A DNA stretch of 60,628 nucleotides, filler included, from Catajapyx aquilonaris (lineage: Eukaryota): the NCBI GenBank assembly GCA_000934665.2. It is 4 parts of 4 records of this genome, joined end to end, with 100 filler letters (N's around TTAATTAATTAA, not from the genome) between each part and the next. Parts side by side here need not be neighbours in the genome. Positions count along the whole stretch, not along the records: positions 1 to 15,149 come from JYFJ02007612.1; 3 more parts are not named here. One strand, given 5' to 3'. The notes beneath the pieces are model-generated. The model saw only the letters and a program-made list of their open reading frames with translations, did no database searches and was not told the DNA's origin. Both the position numbers and the translations under genes were made by a program. Of the stretch, positions 1 through 11,800 are shown one piece after another (position 1 is the stretch's first letter; each line of letters begins with the position of its first letter).

Positions 1-500
1 ACAGTGAAACTACACATTTCCAATTACTCGATGGCGTAAAAATTAGTTATGTTGCTGGACATTTCCAATAGGGAAAAAGCAGCACAATCTTAAACAATGG
101 GCAAAGTTGATCAACACACTTCTACTGTCGCGAGAACAAGCCCACTTTGAACCGTACCCTATGGCTGTCAGGTTCAAATCCAAGCTCCAACAATTGCACC
201 ACATGTTGCTCTGGTTATTTTTAGATGTGCCTAAGTATGTTTGAACTGGACATTACAAGGTTGCCAAATTGGAACTCTGACCATGAATTTCGCGATTTTT
301 TCCACTGTGCACTGTCTGGATGACATACGTACTATTGGTGCGTCCGGAAAATACGATCCGTTTTTTATTAGAAAAGCAACAATGTATCCCTAGAACAGTG
401 GTTCCCAACCTTTACGGACCATCACACCCCTCTGAGATCAGTTGGTCCTGCTCATAGCCCCTACCAGGATGACAGATTTACAGAATTCTTGACCTTAAAC

Positions 501-1868
501 CAGTGTAGCGAGGCAGGGGGCGGGCTGCCCCAGGCGGCAAGTTGAAGGGGGCGGAAATTTTTGCCGTACTGCAGCTACAGGAAACCCGATTATTTTAGTG
601 ATTCTACTAATATTAAGGTGTTTTCCAATTACTTTATTTATAAACACCCAACGATTATAATGAGACGATGACAAGTTCAGATGAAAATGCTACAAAGTGG
701 TCAGAAATGGGAGTTTTGCTCAGTGCGTTGCAATCGTTTATGTTTCTGTGCTTTTTGGGTTTATAGGATTCTGTTCTTGCGGAAATTAATGATGCCCAGC
801 CTTATTTATAAAGTAAAGGATTGCATGTACAGTACAACAATGTGCTCAGAAGATGAGTGCTCATTGTTTAGGCATTGTTAATGTATACAAGGGGTAGTTT
901 AGTGAACGGTGGAGCTATTAAAGGTATGCTAAAGGACTGTGTGAAGAACTATGTATCGTTGTGCCTTATGGAACCTCGCTGGCGATTTAGGAACAACTTA
1001 CCCTACGACAAATATTTTCTTCACTGACCAGAGTACCGTATTTGACGGCATATAAGGCGCACTTTCCCCCCAAAAATAGCTCTAAAAGTCGCATAATTAT
1101 GTGAAAATACCATAAAAACTGTTTTTTTACTGAATATGATCTGCTGAAATGGGGCTGCATTGTATATGCCTTCAAATAACTTACGGTAATTCAAGAGATT
1201 ACCTCGAGATTTCTGCAGCTTCCTGCACTGGCTGAAATATTTGCCTTCCTTACTCCATCACGACTTTTGGATGCCGGATAAGATTGTGATTTAGAACCTG
1301 CTCCTGATGACATTGACAAGGAAGAGTTCGAAATTGAAAGGAAAAGACTTCATAGTTTCATTGCAGTTTCAAAGGAACAAGCTGGGATAATTTAAGGAAT
1401 GAAAGTCCCCTAGAACACCTGAACTTCATTCAACAGCTCAGTCTAGCTATATCAGTGCCAAATGATATTGTCATAATGTTGCGGATTTTTCTAAAAGTCT
1501 GAATATTAGTGTTGCCAACTGTATGAGGAGCTTTTTGAAGCTAAATTTAATTTAAAATTATCTGCGTTCCACTAGGAGCACTTGGAGGTTGGGTAATTTG
1601 GCTATATTGTCAAATGAGCAAGAACTGACTAATCAAATTGATTTTGACAGTGTGGTTAGTGATTTTGCTGCCCAAAAAGAAAGAAAAGTAAAATTGTCAT
1701 GGCAATCAATACATGAAATAAACATATGACCCGTTTACTTGACCTTTTTCCAATAGTAGCATTTTGATCTTAAAATTTTTGCCTGCAATTAATAAAATTC
1801 AATGGTAATTGTAGGGGCGGCAAGTTTTAGATCCGCCCCGGGAGCTCCTAACCCTTGCTACGCCACTG
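501..1868 (+). mobile_element. Decayed hAT (ZMYM1-like) transposon
   Basis: Termini are CAGTGTAGC...GCTACGCCACTG, with 8-bp flanks CCTTAAAC/CCTGTAAC. About 1505-1690 translates ISVANCMRSFLKLNLI*NYLRST...LGNLAILSNEQELTNQIDFDSVVSDFAAQKERKV, the hAT C-terminal dimerisation motif with a stop. Confidence 0.8.
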
Positions 1869-1876
1869 CCTGTAAC

Positions 1877-2074
1877 GGTACTTTTACGTTTGCTGAGAGC
1901 CACTATGCACATTTCTGGAACAGGCCAACCCTTTATTGTTACTCCATGGAAATGCAGTCATTGTTGAAACTGTTGACTCCATAAAAATGTGAAAGGTGGG
2001 ATTGTTGATTATAACAAAGGTTAGGACTGTTCCAGAAAATATGCATAGTGGCTCTCAGCAAACTGAAAAGTACC
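1877..2074. mobile_element. Palindromic MITE
   Basis: GGTACTTTT..TTTGCTGAGAGCCACTATGCA..TTCTGGAACAG is mirrored by CTGTTCCAGAA..TGCATAGTGGCTCTCAGCAAA..AAAAGTACC. Confidence 0.75.
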
Positions 2075-2165
2075 CATTTAATCCTGGAACGATAACGTGG
2101 GGTCTTTTTACCCCCACAGGGTTGGCATGATTATAATCAACTGATTAATACTGAAAAATCTTAGA

Positions 2166-2421
2166 GGGCGGCATGGTGGTCTAGCGGCTACGCCGGGGTT
2201 CAAATCCCGTCCCCGTCACCTCTGCTTGGCCGGGTCTTTTTCCGCTTTTCACCCGACATGCCGGGGCAGAATTGCACTCCCTATCTGCCCGGGGCCAGTA
2301 GAAAAGGCCTGGTGTTTTTCACAAGTCAGAAATGACTCAAAAATTACAGCGCCCTCCCTAGGGAACCTCCCCCTTCCCCCCTAAGAGAGCCACTGGCTCT
2401 ATCACGGGGTTAAAAAAAAAA
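2166..2421 (+). mobile_element. tRNA-derived SINE, family A
   Basis: A-box-like TGGTCTAGCGG, B-box GGTTCAAATCC and an A-rich tail. A homologous copy lies on the - strand at 8477-8737. Confidence 0.8.
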
Positions 2422-2426
2422 TCTTG

Positions 2427-2480
<54 letters not shown>

Positions 2481-2511
2481 GCAACAACAACAACAGTAAT
2501 AATAACAATAA
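2427..2511. repeat. (AAT)n/(AAC)n microsatellite
   Basis: Trinucleotide run directly after the SINE tail. Confidence 0.95.
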
Positions 2512-2834
2512 TTTGAAAGCTACAAGGGCCAAGGGGATTCCCCGCTCATGGGGGAATCCCCTGAAGAACTGGAAACAACAAGGAAGCTGGTGAATCAATA
2601 GAATCATAGGCTCTGAGGTCTGTGAGAAACAGGCTTGGGGTTGAGAAGGCTGAAAAGTTAGTGTTAGTGTTCAAGACTCTGAATCAAGCACATTGAAAAG
2701 TAAACTGACTTCCGGGCTTCCAGGTTCCACTCGTTCCAGCCCATGAGGTAACAGGTATTATTTGATTCCACTAAAGAAGTTAAAATGTTGAAAGGCTAAA
2801 AAAATATCCTACCATAGAACCATAGTACCATATA

Positions 2835-3913
2835 CAGTCAATCCTCATTTAACATCGGGGATAGCCGGATAGGTTCGTGACTTCGTGTAAAGTGAAACAT
2901 TATTACATTAATCACTTAATCTTATGGGAATTGGGAAATAGGGGGATAGGTTCCTGGGGGACCAGGTTCATCATACATTTATCCTACCAATAATCACAAA
3001 CTCACCAGTCAAAAAGTTAAAACTTAAAACTCTTGAGTCTTGACTTATTGTATATGTAGTAAAATACAGTTTAACACTTAACTACCGACGTGAGTCTGCC
3101 ATACATTGGCTACGACGTGGGGTATTTTTCTACCCCACGTGGTTTTCATTATTTAAAAAATTTGCCTTAATTGCACTAAAGCCATTCTTCCGTGCTAAAT
3201 TCGGCCTGTATTCTCACCTGTATGTGTAAAAAAAAATCGATCCCCTGTGACCATTAGTTGAGTCATAAGGGTCTTGAGACTCCGTTATCGCACCTTCGTA
3301 ACCTTCCAGCTCGATGCCGTAAGTAATGACTTATAACATAAACATTCCCAGCTGCAGGGTCTGCAAGATTTTAGTTCCGAGCAATATTTATTGCTGAATA
3401 ACAAGACTCACACTTTATCAAATACAAGTTTGCTGTGATGCGCTGTGATGTGCTCTCTAAAAAATTATGTACATTGGCTACGACGTGGGGTATATCTGTA
3501 CCCCACAGGGACGCTTAGCAGCAGAAAAGTACCAGTAACTCCGCAAAGAAAAATTCTACTAATGTCAAAAATTTTCTTTGGATCGAAGAAAGTATGTCTG
3601 AGGAATATATAGGCCTGCCATTTTTCATTTCATACAAAAAAATTTAATCGCGATGGTATTATCTACATTGTGGGGTAGAACAATACCCCACGTTGGTAGT
3701 TAAGTGTTAATTATCATAATCAGTACATGAGAACATGACAGAGCCACAGAGGTAGTACATCAGGCACTGCTTTCTGCGTAATACAGATACAGTAGTGTAC
3801 AATAATACTGTAAGTGTTACAGACTTACAGGTATGTACACAGGTACACTACTGAATAGTGTAGTCGGCTAGTCGCTCCTAAGTTAAACGTCCGTGTTAAA
3901 CAAGGATTGATTG
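2835..3913. mobile_element. pogo/Tigger-like MITE
   Basis: TA|CAGTCAATCCTCATTTAACA...TGTTAAACAAGGATTGATTG|TA. Confidence 0.7.
3075..3706. mobile_element. piggyBac-type MITE (TTAA TSD)
   Basis: TTAA|CACTTAACTACCGACGTG...CACGTTGGTAGTTAAGTG|TTAA, with internal GTGGGGTA..TACCCCAC repeats. Confidence 0.85.
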
Positions 3914-4316
3914 TATATTGTATAATGCACTTTCCTTGGAATGTAACATGTTTGACAATATTGACATACATTTCTTGATTTTCTTCAAATAGCAGGTGGG
4001 GTTTTTATCAGGAAAATGAAATAAAGTGCTGTACTACAAATAATAAGATTATAATCAAAATAATCAGATTATTTGATTATTTTAAAATAATCATAGATTA
4101 TTGCCAACCCTGGTCTTTTAGGACCCCAAAGGAATTAAAATGCATTTAAATGATTATTACTGAACTTTTGCCATTTAAAAAAAGTATATAAAAGTAAGTG
4201 CATGTTTGAATTAGCGATCATTTTAGGCATTGTTCAAAGAATTTTACATATAGTCAATCCATGGTGAAGTATTATATAAAAATTAATAAAAATTAAAATA
4301 TGGGTGGGGTCCTTAA

Positions 4317-4819
4317 AGGGACACTCCACTCAAAATACAAGTTGATCTGTAAAAATCAGACAAAGAATCCTGATTCCGGTGATACCATCCGTTTATCTCT
4401 GAGACGAACGGTAATGTCAGGGGAAGAGACGAAAGTCGGAAAAAATTCGAGGTCTGTTCGAGAGTGGCGCCGCCTGGCCACCTGGCCAAGTTAGGCGACG
4501 TTGGATAGTAGCGCCGCCCTTCCCAACGGGCACTAGGGGAAGTTGGCTTCGGACACAACCAGATCCCCACGGATCCCCATACCCGCAGGCAACTTATCCA
4601 AGTCGCCGTTGGGAAGGGCGGCGCTACTATCCAACGTCACCCTTGGGGTGGCGTCGCCACCTGCGCCGGGCCCGTTTGAGCGCGGTTTTCGAACGACACA
4701 CTTCCAGCTTTCGCCCTGGCCTTACCGTTCGTCTCTCAGAAAAACTGCTTATGCCCTCGGAGTCAGGATTTTTTGCCCGATTTTTAGAGCCCAACTTGTA
4801 TTTTGAGTGGAGTGTCCCT
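4317..4819. mobile_element. Kolobok-like palindromic MITE
   Basis: TTAA|AGGGACACTCCACTCAAAATACAAG...CTTGTATTTTGAGTGGAGTGTCCCT|TTAA, with an inner inverted repeat GACGTTGGATAGTAGCGCCGCCCTTCCCAACGG. A TTAA target with purine-purine termini fits Kolobok. Confidence 0.75.
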
Positions 4820-5703
4820 TTAAAGACCCCACATCACGGTTGCTGCAACTTTCAGGCACGTCACCGTTCCAGGGTTAACTAATCCATGATAATCGTGATT
4901 AACTACCTTATAATCAATATTTTGGGACCAGGAATATGATGAAGTGAAAGGAAATTAAGTCATTTTTTCGATTATATTTCGCTATATTTTCCTTTGTGCA
5001 AACCACTTATGGGCTGTGCTATGTCCAAAATGGCTCTATTTGGACTCAGGGGTACTTAGCTTCATACCCCCAGGAGGGCCACCTCACACCCCCTGGGGGT
5101 ACGGGTACCTCTGGTTGGGAACACCTGCCATAAAATTTTCGTTACTAAGCTAGTGGATAGTTCCTACAGATTCTCCTCCTAAAAGATCGAAACTGCTTTT
5201 TGATACAAATCATGGCATGTAAAAACGGATCCTACCATGTTAGGGAGGAACTTTGCACTAGGCCTATTTTGCTATAGACCTACTCATTAAGATTTTTGTT
5301 GTAAAGGGCGCGTCAGTTTAAAAATGGGAAGGTCTAATCCCAAAAGTGGTAGTGTGAGCTGGGTTGCTGGGGTTGATATAATTATTATGATATTCCAATT
5401 TTTCTGAATTTTGAATGACCATAGGCGTGCTTGCAGAATGTAGCAATTATGCTATATAAAAGTTCACGAATTTATTGGACTATCTGGGTCCTAATGTATA
5501 CAGTATAATTCATTTTAATTAACTACCAAAAGAAGTGAGCTGACCTGAGAGGTGCTGATTGCAGCATGAGCTCCAATTTGCCTGTGTACAAAATATTCAG
5601 GCATTACTCGCATGTTACCATTTTCAAGTCAGAGTTGATTCATTATGTGATTCCTTGTTTTCTTTTGACAGAGTGAGAGATGCATATGTCTAATGTGGGC
5701 TAA

Positions 5704-8700
5704 ATGTTAGATGATGATCTGGAAAGGCCAAAGAACTTCTCTAAAGGGTCATCCACGCCCAAGACAGGCCAGTTGATGCATCTCGTCTTTCGTGCCTTCT
5801 TAAATGCTTCCCGAGTGCCCTTCGTGTCTGCTCCCAGTGTCCGACCCAAACTCATTTACATTTATGGCAGTCAAGTGAGGCACCAGCATTTGTACTTTTC
5901 CACGTTGGGTGGATCTAACCCATTTTTTATTGTGAGGTGCTTTGCTAGTATGATCATGGAAGAACATTTACCACACTCAGGACAGGCTGCAAGCAAGAGC
6001 CATGTAGGAACACTCATGCCATTTAAATCCATGTCAAAAATGGCTAAGAGCGAATTATTACAAACCACACACTATTCAACCAAATCAGGAAACTGGACTG
6101 TGTCAGATTATTCAGAGAAGATGACCAAAAGTGACCAGAGTGAATCTGAAGAGGATCAAAAAATGTATGAGAACAAACCTAAGGAGTTAGAAGTGGTTGA
6201 GGATGTGGAACCCGTGATGTGTCCAGGTCCAGGGAGGAAATTGAAAAGTAATGCCACATTATTATCAGAAGACAAACGCCACAGAAGGGAACGCTCCAAG
6301 AGGAAATACACTGTGGCTGAGAACATAATTCGTAGTGTTGAGAACTTAAAACGTAACGAAGGAGAAAGGAACAGCTCACCAGAAGCTCCATGTTTGATGA
6401 ATCCTGCTGTCACTGAATTTGAAACCAATCACAGGACAGTTAATGGCCATTCAAACAATGGAGAAAATAGTCCTGAAGAGAAAGAGTGTAAGTCAATTTT
6501 TACAAGTTTTTATTTATACTAAAACCACAATAGTCATTTTATAAACAAGTAGGAAGCAAGGGGAAGAGAAGACAATCATGAGAGACTGTGTTGGGATATT
6601 TTCAGCGGATAGCTCAGCAGGGAGCTGCTCAACGATCCCCTTCTTCAGAAATTTAAAATAATTCAGTTGCTATTTAAGATTCTATTTGGTTCCTTTTCTA
6701 AAGCTGTGTTATTCATCATGTGACCTTTTCCAGTAAAGTCCTTGGTGCAAGAGATGCAAAACTTGAGGAAGTGGGAGTACACTGGGCTTGGTCAAGCTAT
6801 CAAGGAGGAAGGCTCAAAGGAACATGATTACTTCTTCACAATTATGTCCTACAACATTTTATCTCAAGACTTGCTGAATGCTCATCTGTCACTGTACTCA
6901 TCTTGTGATCCATATACTTTGAAATGGGAGTACCGTAAAGAAGGACTGCTGAGAGAGATCCAGTTTTTCAATTGTGATGTAAGTTTACTGAGGATTTGTA
7001 ATATTTTAATTTTATTTCATTAGTAGTTCACCCACTGAAAGCCAGTATGTATGTCTTATGCTTTGTGTTGTTGTGATTGAACTTAATCCTTACAAAGCAG
7101 CTTAATTTAGAAAGGGTTGAATCTCAACAAAGTTACATGCCAATTAGTCCTGAGAGTTTGTTGTGACAAAGGTGTGGCTTACGTGTACCTGCATGATGCC
7201 ATAGCAAAGGGAATTACTGCTGCATTAGTCAACCTGCTGTCGCTTGCACTCTTGGTCAGGTCCTTTCTACTTGCACAAAAGGTGCTTAAATTGACAATGT
7301 TGATGCTCAGGCATACTTGCAACAGTGTGGTTCTGATGGTGTGAATCCAATAGTTCCAGATCAAAGTATGTGGCATAATAATAGAGTCTGCTAATAATTT
7401 TGACTACCACTCCAAAGTACCTACTTAAAAATAAGCAGCTTAGAACAAAAAATTGCTAACAGAATCCGACATTTCAATTGGAACACCCTGTACGTGTCAT
7501 TTAAAGTTTTTGCCACAGATAATATTGAAATATAGTAATTTTATCAGTAGGCATACAATATCATGGAAAGTTTCTGCAACCAAAGAAGGGTCTTGACATC
7601 ACAAGCCTTGAATTGCTACTTACATTATTGACATTGGTGTCTATGTTATGCTCAAACCCCGAAAACAGCCATTGAGTGGGGGGGGGGGAGGAGAGAGAGA
7701 GAGAGAGAGNAGAGAGAGAGAGAGAGCCTGTTGTTAAAATGTCAAATTTGCCTCTAAATCTGATTGTCAAAATTGTTGAATTTTTTTTTTCCATGCAGTG
7801 GTGGAGAATGTGACCTGTGTTTTCTCATCCTACAGATTTTATGCTTCCAAGAAGTTCAGCACGATCAATATGAATCATGTTTAATACCTGAACTCAACAA
7901 TTTAGGTATGTAAATGAAAAACATTGCTTCCTGAAGGAGTGTGTATTATTATTAATTCATACATACATACTGTACATTCATGTTACATCACGGCTTTTCC
8001 CAAATATTGGGGTGCCAGCGGATAATGAGGAGGTTCTCATTACCCTCGCATGGCCATTATATTAAAAAATTATGGAGCCTGGTCAGATACTTGCAAAAAT
8101 AATGGGGAAGAGGGTGAATGCAACGATGTGCCAACTGGTCAGGCCAGCCCCCAGTCACTCTCCCTCTTTTTGCATGAGCTTACCTGATCTCCCCCACCGA
8201 GGGGGATTGACCGCGGTTGGCGCTCGAGTCAAGTGCCGACATGGTGGCGCCATACCTAGCGGGGCAATTCTGAACCATTTTGGTCGACTCCAATTGGCTG
8301 CAGGTAGTATAGTGGTTAAAAAGAGCACCGAAGGCCTTTTTAAACGCCAGCCAATCGGAGTCGACCAAAAGGGTTCGGAATTGCCCCACCGTGTAGGCAC
8401 TTGACTCTAGCGCCAACTGCGGCCAATCCCCCTCGGTGGGGGAGATCAGGTAAGCTCACAGGGGTAGCAATGTATTTTTTATTTTTTAAAAAATTTACCC
8501 CGTGATAGGGCGGAGCCCTTTTAGGGTGGAAGGGGAGGTTCCCAAGGGAGGGCGCTGTAATTATTGTCATTTCTGACTTTCTGAAATACACCAGGCCTTT
8601 TCTCCTGGCCCTGGGCAGAGTAGGGAGTGCAATTTTGCCCAGGCATGTCGGGTGAAAAGCGGAAAAAGACCCGGCCAAGCAGAGGTGATGGGGACGGGAT

Positions 8701-8833
8701 TTGAACCCGGCCTCCCGCTTAGCTGGCCAGTGGCGTGGGGGTAGCAATGTATTGGTATAGGGAGTGACTGGGGGCTGGGTCAGGTTATGCTGGGTTTTGG
8801 ACTTCAGCGGTGTTCCTGGAGACGTCCACTAAC

Positions 8834-8864
<31 letters not shown>

Positions 8865-11800
8865 TATTATTATTATTATAATGGGGGTAGTGCATGACCT
8901 TTATTATACCGTTGTACACTGCTTACAGCCTAACTTCTCTAAAAAGGGATTAGCCCTCCTCTCCCCACTAGACACCCTAAGCGAACTGATAGGTGGAGCC
9001 AAGGTGGATGGCCCCTGACCCACCAATCAGATCGGTGGGTACAAGCTGGTACAAGGCCATACAAAAGAAATGTCACTTTTGAAATCCTGCCGGGTATGGC
9101 TTAACCACAGAGGTCACAATGTAAGGACATGCCTATCTTTTAGAGAAGTTATGATGTAAGCACTGTTGGAAGCACATACTGGAACCTTGAACGAAGCGCC
9201 TGTGCGCACAGGCAGGGTGACTGGGAGGGGATGCGCATTGTGCATTGCAGTGTCTATATAACAGTACATTTTGTGAATTCCCCCGGGTGGTTAGTCTCCT
9301 GGAATCCCACCCGAGACGAAGCCAGAGACAACCCAACTCTGCACGAGATGAAATGGGGAATGCCAGGACTTGGGATCGAACCCGGGACCCTTTCATCCGT
9401 GGGTGCATAAGTTTCCGCAGTGCCACGCTGCCTCCCCGAAGTGTGCTGATATGAGAATTGTGGCAGTCACATGAGAACAATATTTGTGGGAGGGATCCTT
9501 TCAAATGGCCACAGGAGATGTTACTTGTTAGGAACCTGTGATAATTTTTAGTTCAGTTTTTGTGGCATTGGTAGATCACAATGTAGTATATTTTGAGTTA
9601 TGTATTGTTTGCTAAAACTTACATTTAATGAACGTGATAAGGTAACCCATTATAATACAGGAAGTCCCAGGCCTAGAACGGGGTTACAGTCATGAAAATG
9701 TTCATAAGTCAGATTTGTACATAACTCGGATCCCTGAGGAACAATGCATATATGCAGTGTCAAGATGCTGCTCCAACGAACTGCTTACGTCATGTAATCG
9801 GCCTTAAGGAGAAAGGGCGAGTAGAGCATTTTTCCCAAGCGACAGTGACACTGGAAGTAGAACCAGGTTCATTAACCCTGGAACCGTGCCGTGGGGTCTT
9901 TTTGTACCCCAAGGAATTAAGATGCATTAAAATGATAATTACAATGAACTTTTGCCAATTTTTTTACAGTATATAACAGGAAGTGCATGTTTATTTTGAA
10001 TTAGCGATCATTTTAGGCATTGTTCAAAGAATGATTGTATATAGTCAATACATTGAAAAGTATTATATAAAAATTAATGAAAATTAAAATATAGATGGGG
10101 TCCGAAAAGACCCCACGAATGGTTGCCGTAACTTTCAGGCACGGCATGGTTCCAGGGTTAACCTACGCTCTGCCAGGAGGTCAGTGGTGAGGACCAACAT
10201 TCAGAATTGAGGTTTTGCTTCAGTTTGAAGACAGCAGTGATGGAGGCGTATGACATCTAGGAGAGTGGTATGGTGAAGAAGTGTTCCACAGCATTCCAGT
10301 GGTACAAATCATTCAGCGAGGGTCGGAAGTCTGCTTTCAAAGAGACCGGTTTGCAGAATCTCGTCCGAGGAGATCTTTAACACCACCTGTGCAGTTATTT
10401 TCCAAGAACTGTCAATTACCTTGCCAGAATATGTGGTATCTCATGTGGTAGTGTCCACACGATATTTGCGTTGACTCTTTTCCCATGAGAAGCGTTTGCG
10501 CCCGATGCAATGGAGCCCCAGGCTGTTGACGCCAGATAAGAGGCAGATACGGTTGGAGGTCTGCGAAGATTAGCAATGTCTTGTGGCCGAATATGGTGAA
10601 CGGTGTCTACTACTCATAATCTTAGCATGTGTACACCTCCCTGGCTGTTTTTTTTTTCAGATGGAAATAAAACCTCAACACTGAAAATTGTCCCTCACCA
10701 CCAACCTCCTGACAGAGCGTAGGCGAATGTGAACCTAGGTCTACTTCCGGTGTCAGAATTGCCTGGGGATCTTGAAATATTCGAACAAGACTTAGTGATA
10801 TAATACATACTCCAATCCATTCTGGACACGATGCCATTCACAGGGCATCATGAACTAATTCTCTTTATCACATAAAAAATCAGTCTCAATTTGTTTTGAC
10901 TGGCCCTCGTATGTTCAACCTATTTTTGCCTCTCCTGTAAAATTTATGAATTTGTTATTAGCCCTTTCTCCTTAATGCCAACGATGTGTGTGTGTGTGTG
11001 TTTACATGCTCGGCTGTACATAGTTTCCCAATTATTTATTAATTATACAGTATTTATGTTGAACTTTGTGTCATGCAACGTACGCAGAAGTGATTGAAAG
11101 TGGAGGAGTAATTATAAATTATCCTTATGGGCATACTTGGGATCTCGTTCATAAGTACGAATCACTGTAAGTCAGGTCTTTTGTAAACCGGGAACTTCCT
11201 GTACTCCATTTTAAGGAACCCCTTAATACAAAACTGATATAACAAAGTCATCAAGTTCTTTGAATGTTAGCTTTAGTGAACAGTTTGTCTTGCTTGGAAT
11301 CACATATGAGAATTTTAATTGCAGGGTATGAAGGCCGATATAAGAGGAAAACAGGAAACCATACAGATGGTTGTGCAACATTCTGGAAGCGAAACAAGTT
11401 TACTTTGCTGGACATGTCCAGTGTGGAATTCTATCAACCTGATGTGAAAATGTTAAACAGAGACAATGTCGCCTTGATATTCAAATTGAAATTTAAAGGC
11501 TTTCACCAGGAAAATCCTCGGCACAGGTGGCGCCACCATCCAGAGGAGATTTGTGTGGCTAACACTCATCTGCTGTACAACCCCAATCGGCCTGATATCA
11601 AACTGGCACAGTTGCAGCTCTTATTTGCGGAGATTGACCGCATGGCTTTTGCAGAATTTCTGCATGATGGAAAGCCAAGATATCTTCCTGTGTTGCTATG
11701 TGGAGATCTAAATTTTCAGCCACACACACCAATATATTACTTTGTGACTAAAGGACAAATCCAGTTTGAAGGTTCGTGTAACCGGACCCTGAACAAGTAT

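Larger units (their letters stand above)
2117..4112. mobile_element. hAT-like non-autonomous element
   Basis: TIR CAGGGTTGGCA (2117) / TGCCAACCCTG (ending 4112), with GATTAT/ATAATC-rich subterminal sequence at both ends. Confidence 0.65.
2082..4874. mobile_element. piggyBac-type MITE split by nested insertions
   Basis: TTAA|TCCTGGAAC...GTTCCAGGG|TTAA. Body pieces 4113-4312 and 4824-4874 match the intact copy at 9876-10157. Confidence 0.8.
396..5127. mobile_element. Possible outer hAT-type non-autonomous element hosting nested insertions
   Basis: CAGTGGTTCCCAACC at 396 and GGTTGGGAACACCTG ending at 5127 form an imperfect TIR pair. The 8-mer flanks CCCTAGAA/CCATAAAA match at 6/8. The two ends could belong to separate copies. 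Confidence 0.4.
9658..11201. mobile_element. pogo/Tigger-like element containing a mariner remnant and a piggyBac MITE
   Basis: TA|CAGGAAGTCCC...GGGAACTTCCTG|TA. Confidence 0.65.

Noticed and set aside
2410..2607. Poly-Leu ORF
   Set aside because: It is the translation of the (AAT)n microsatellite.
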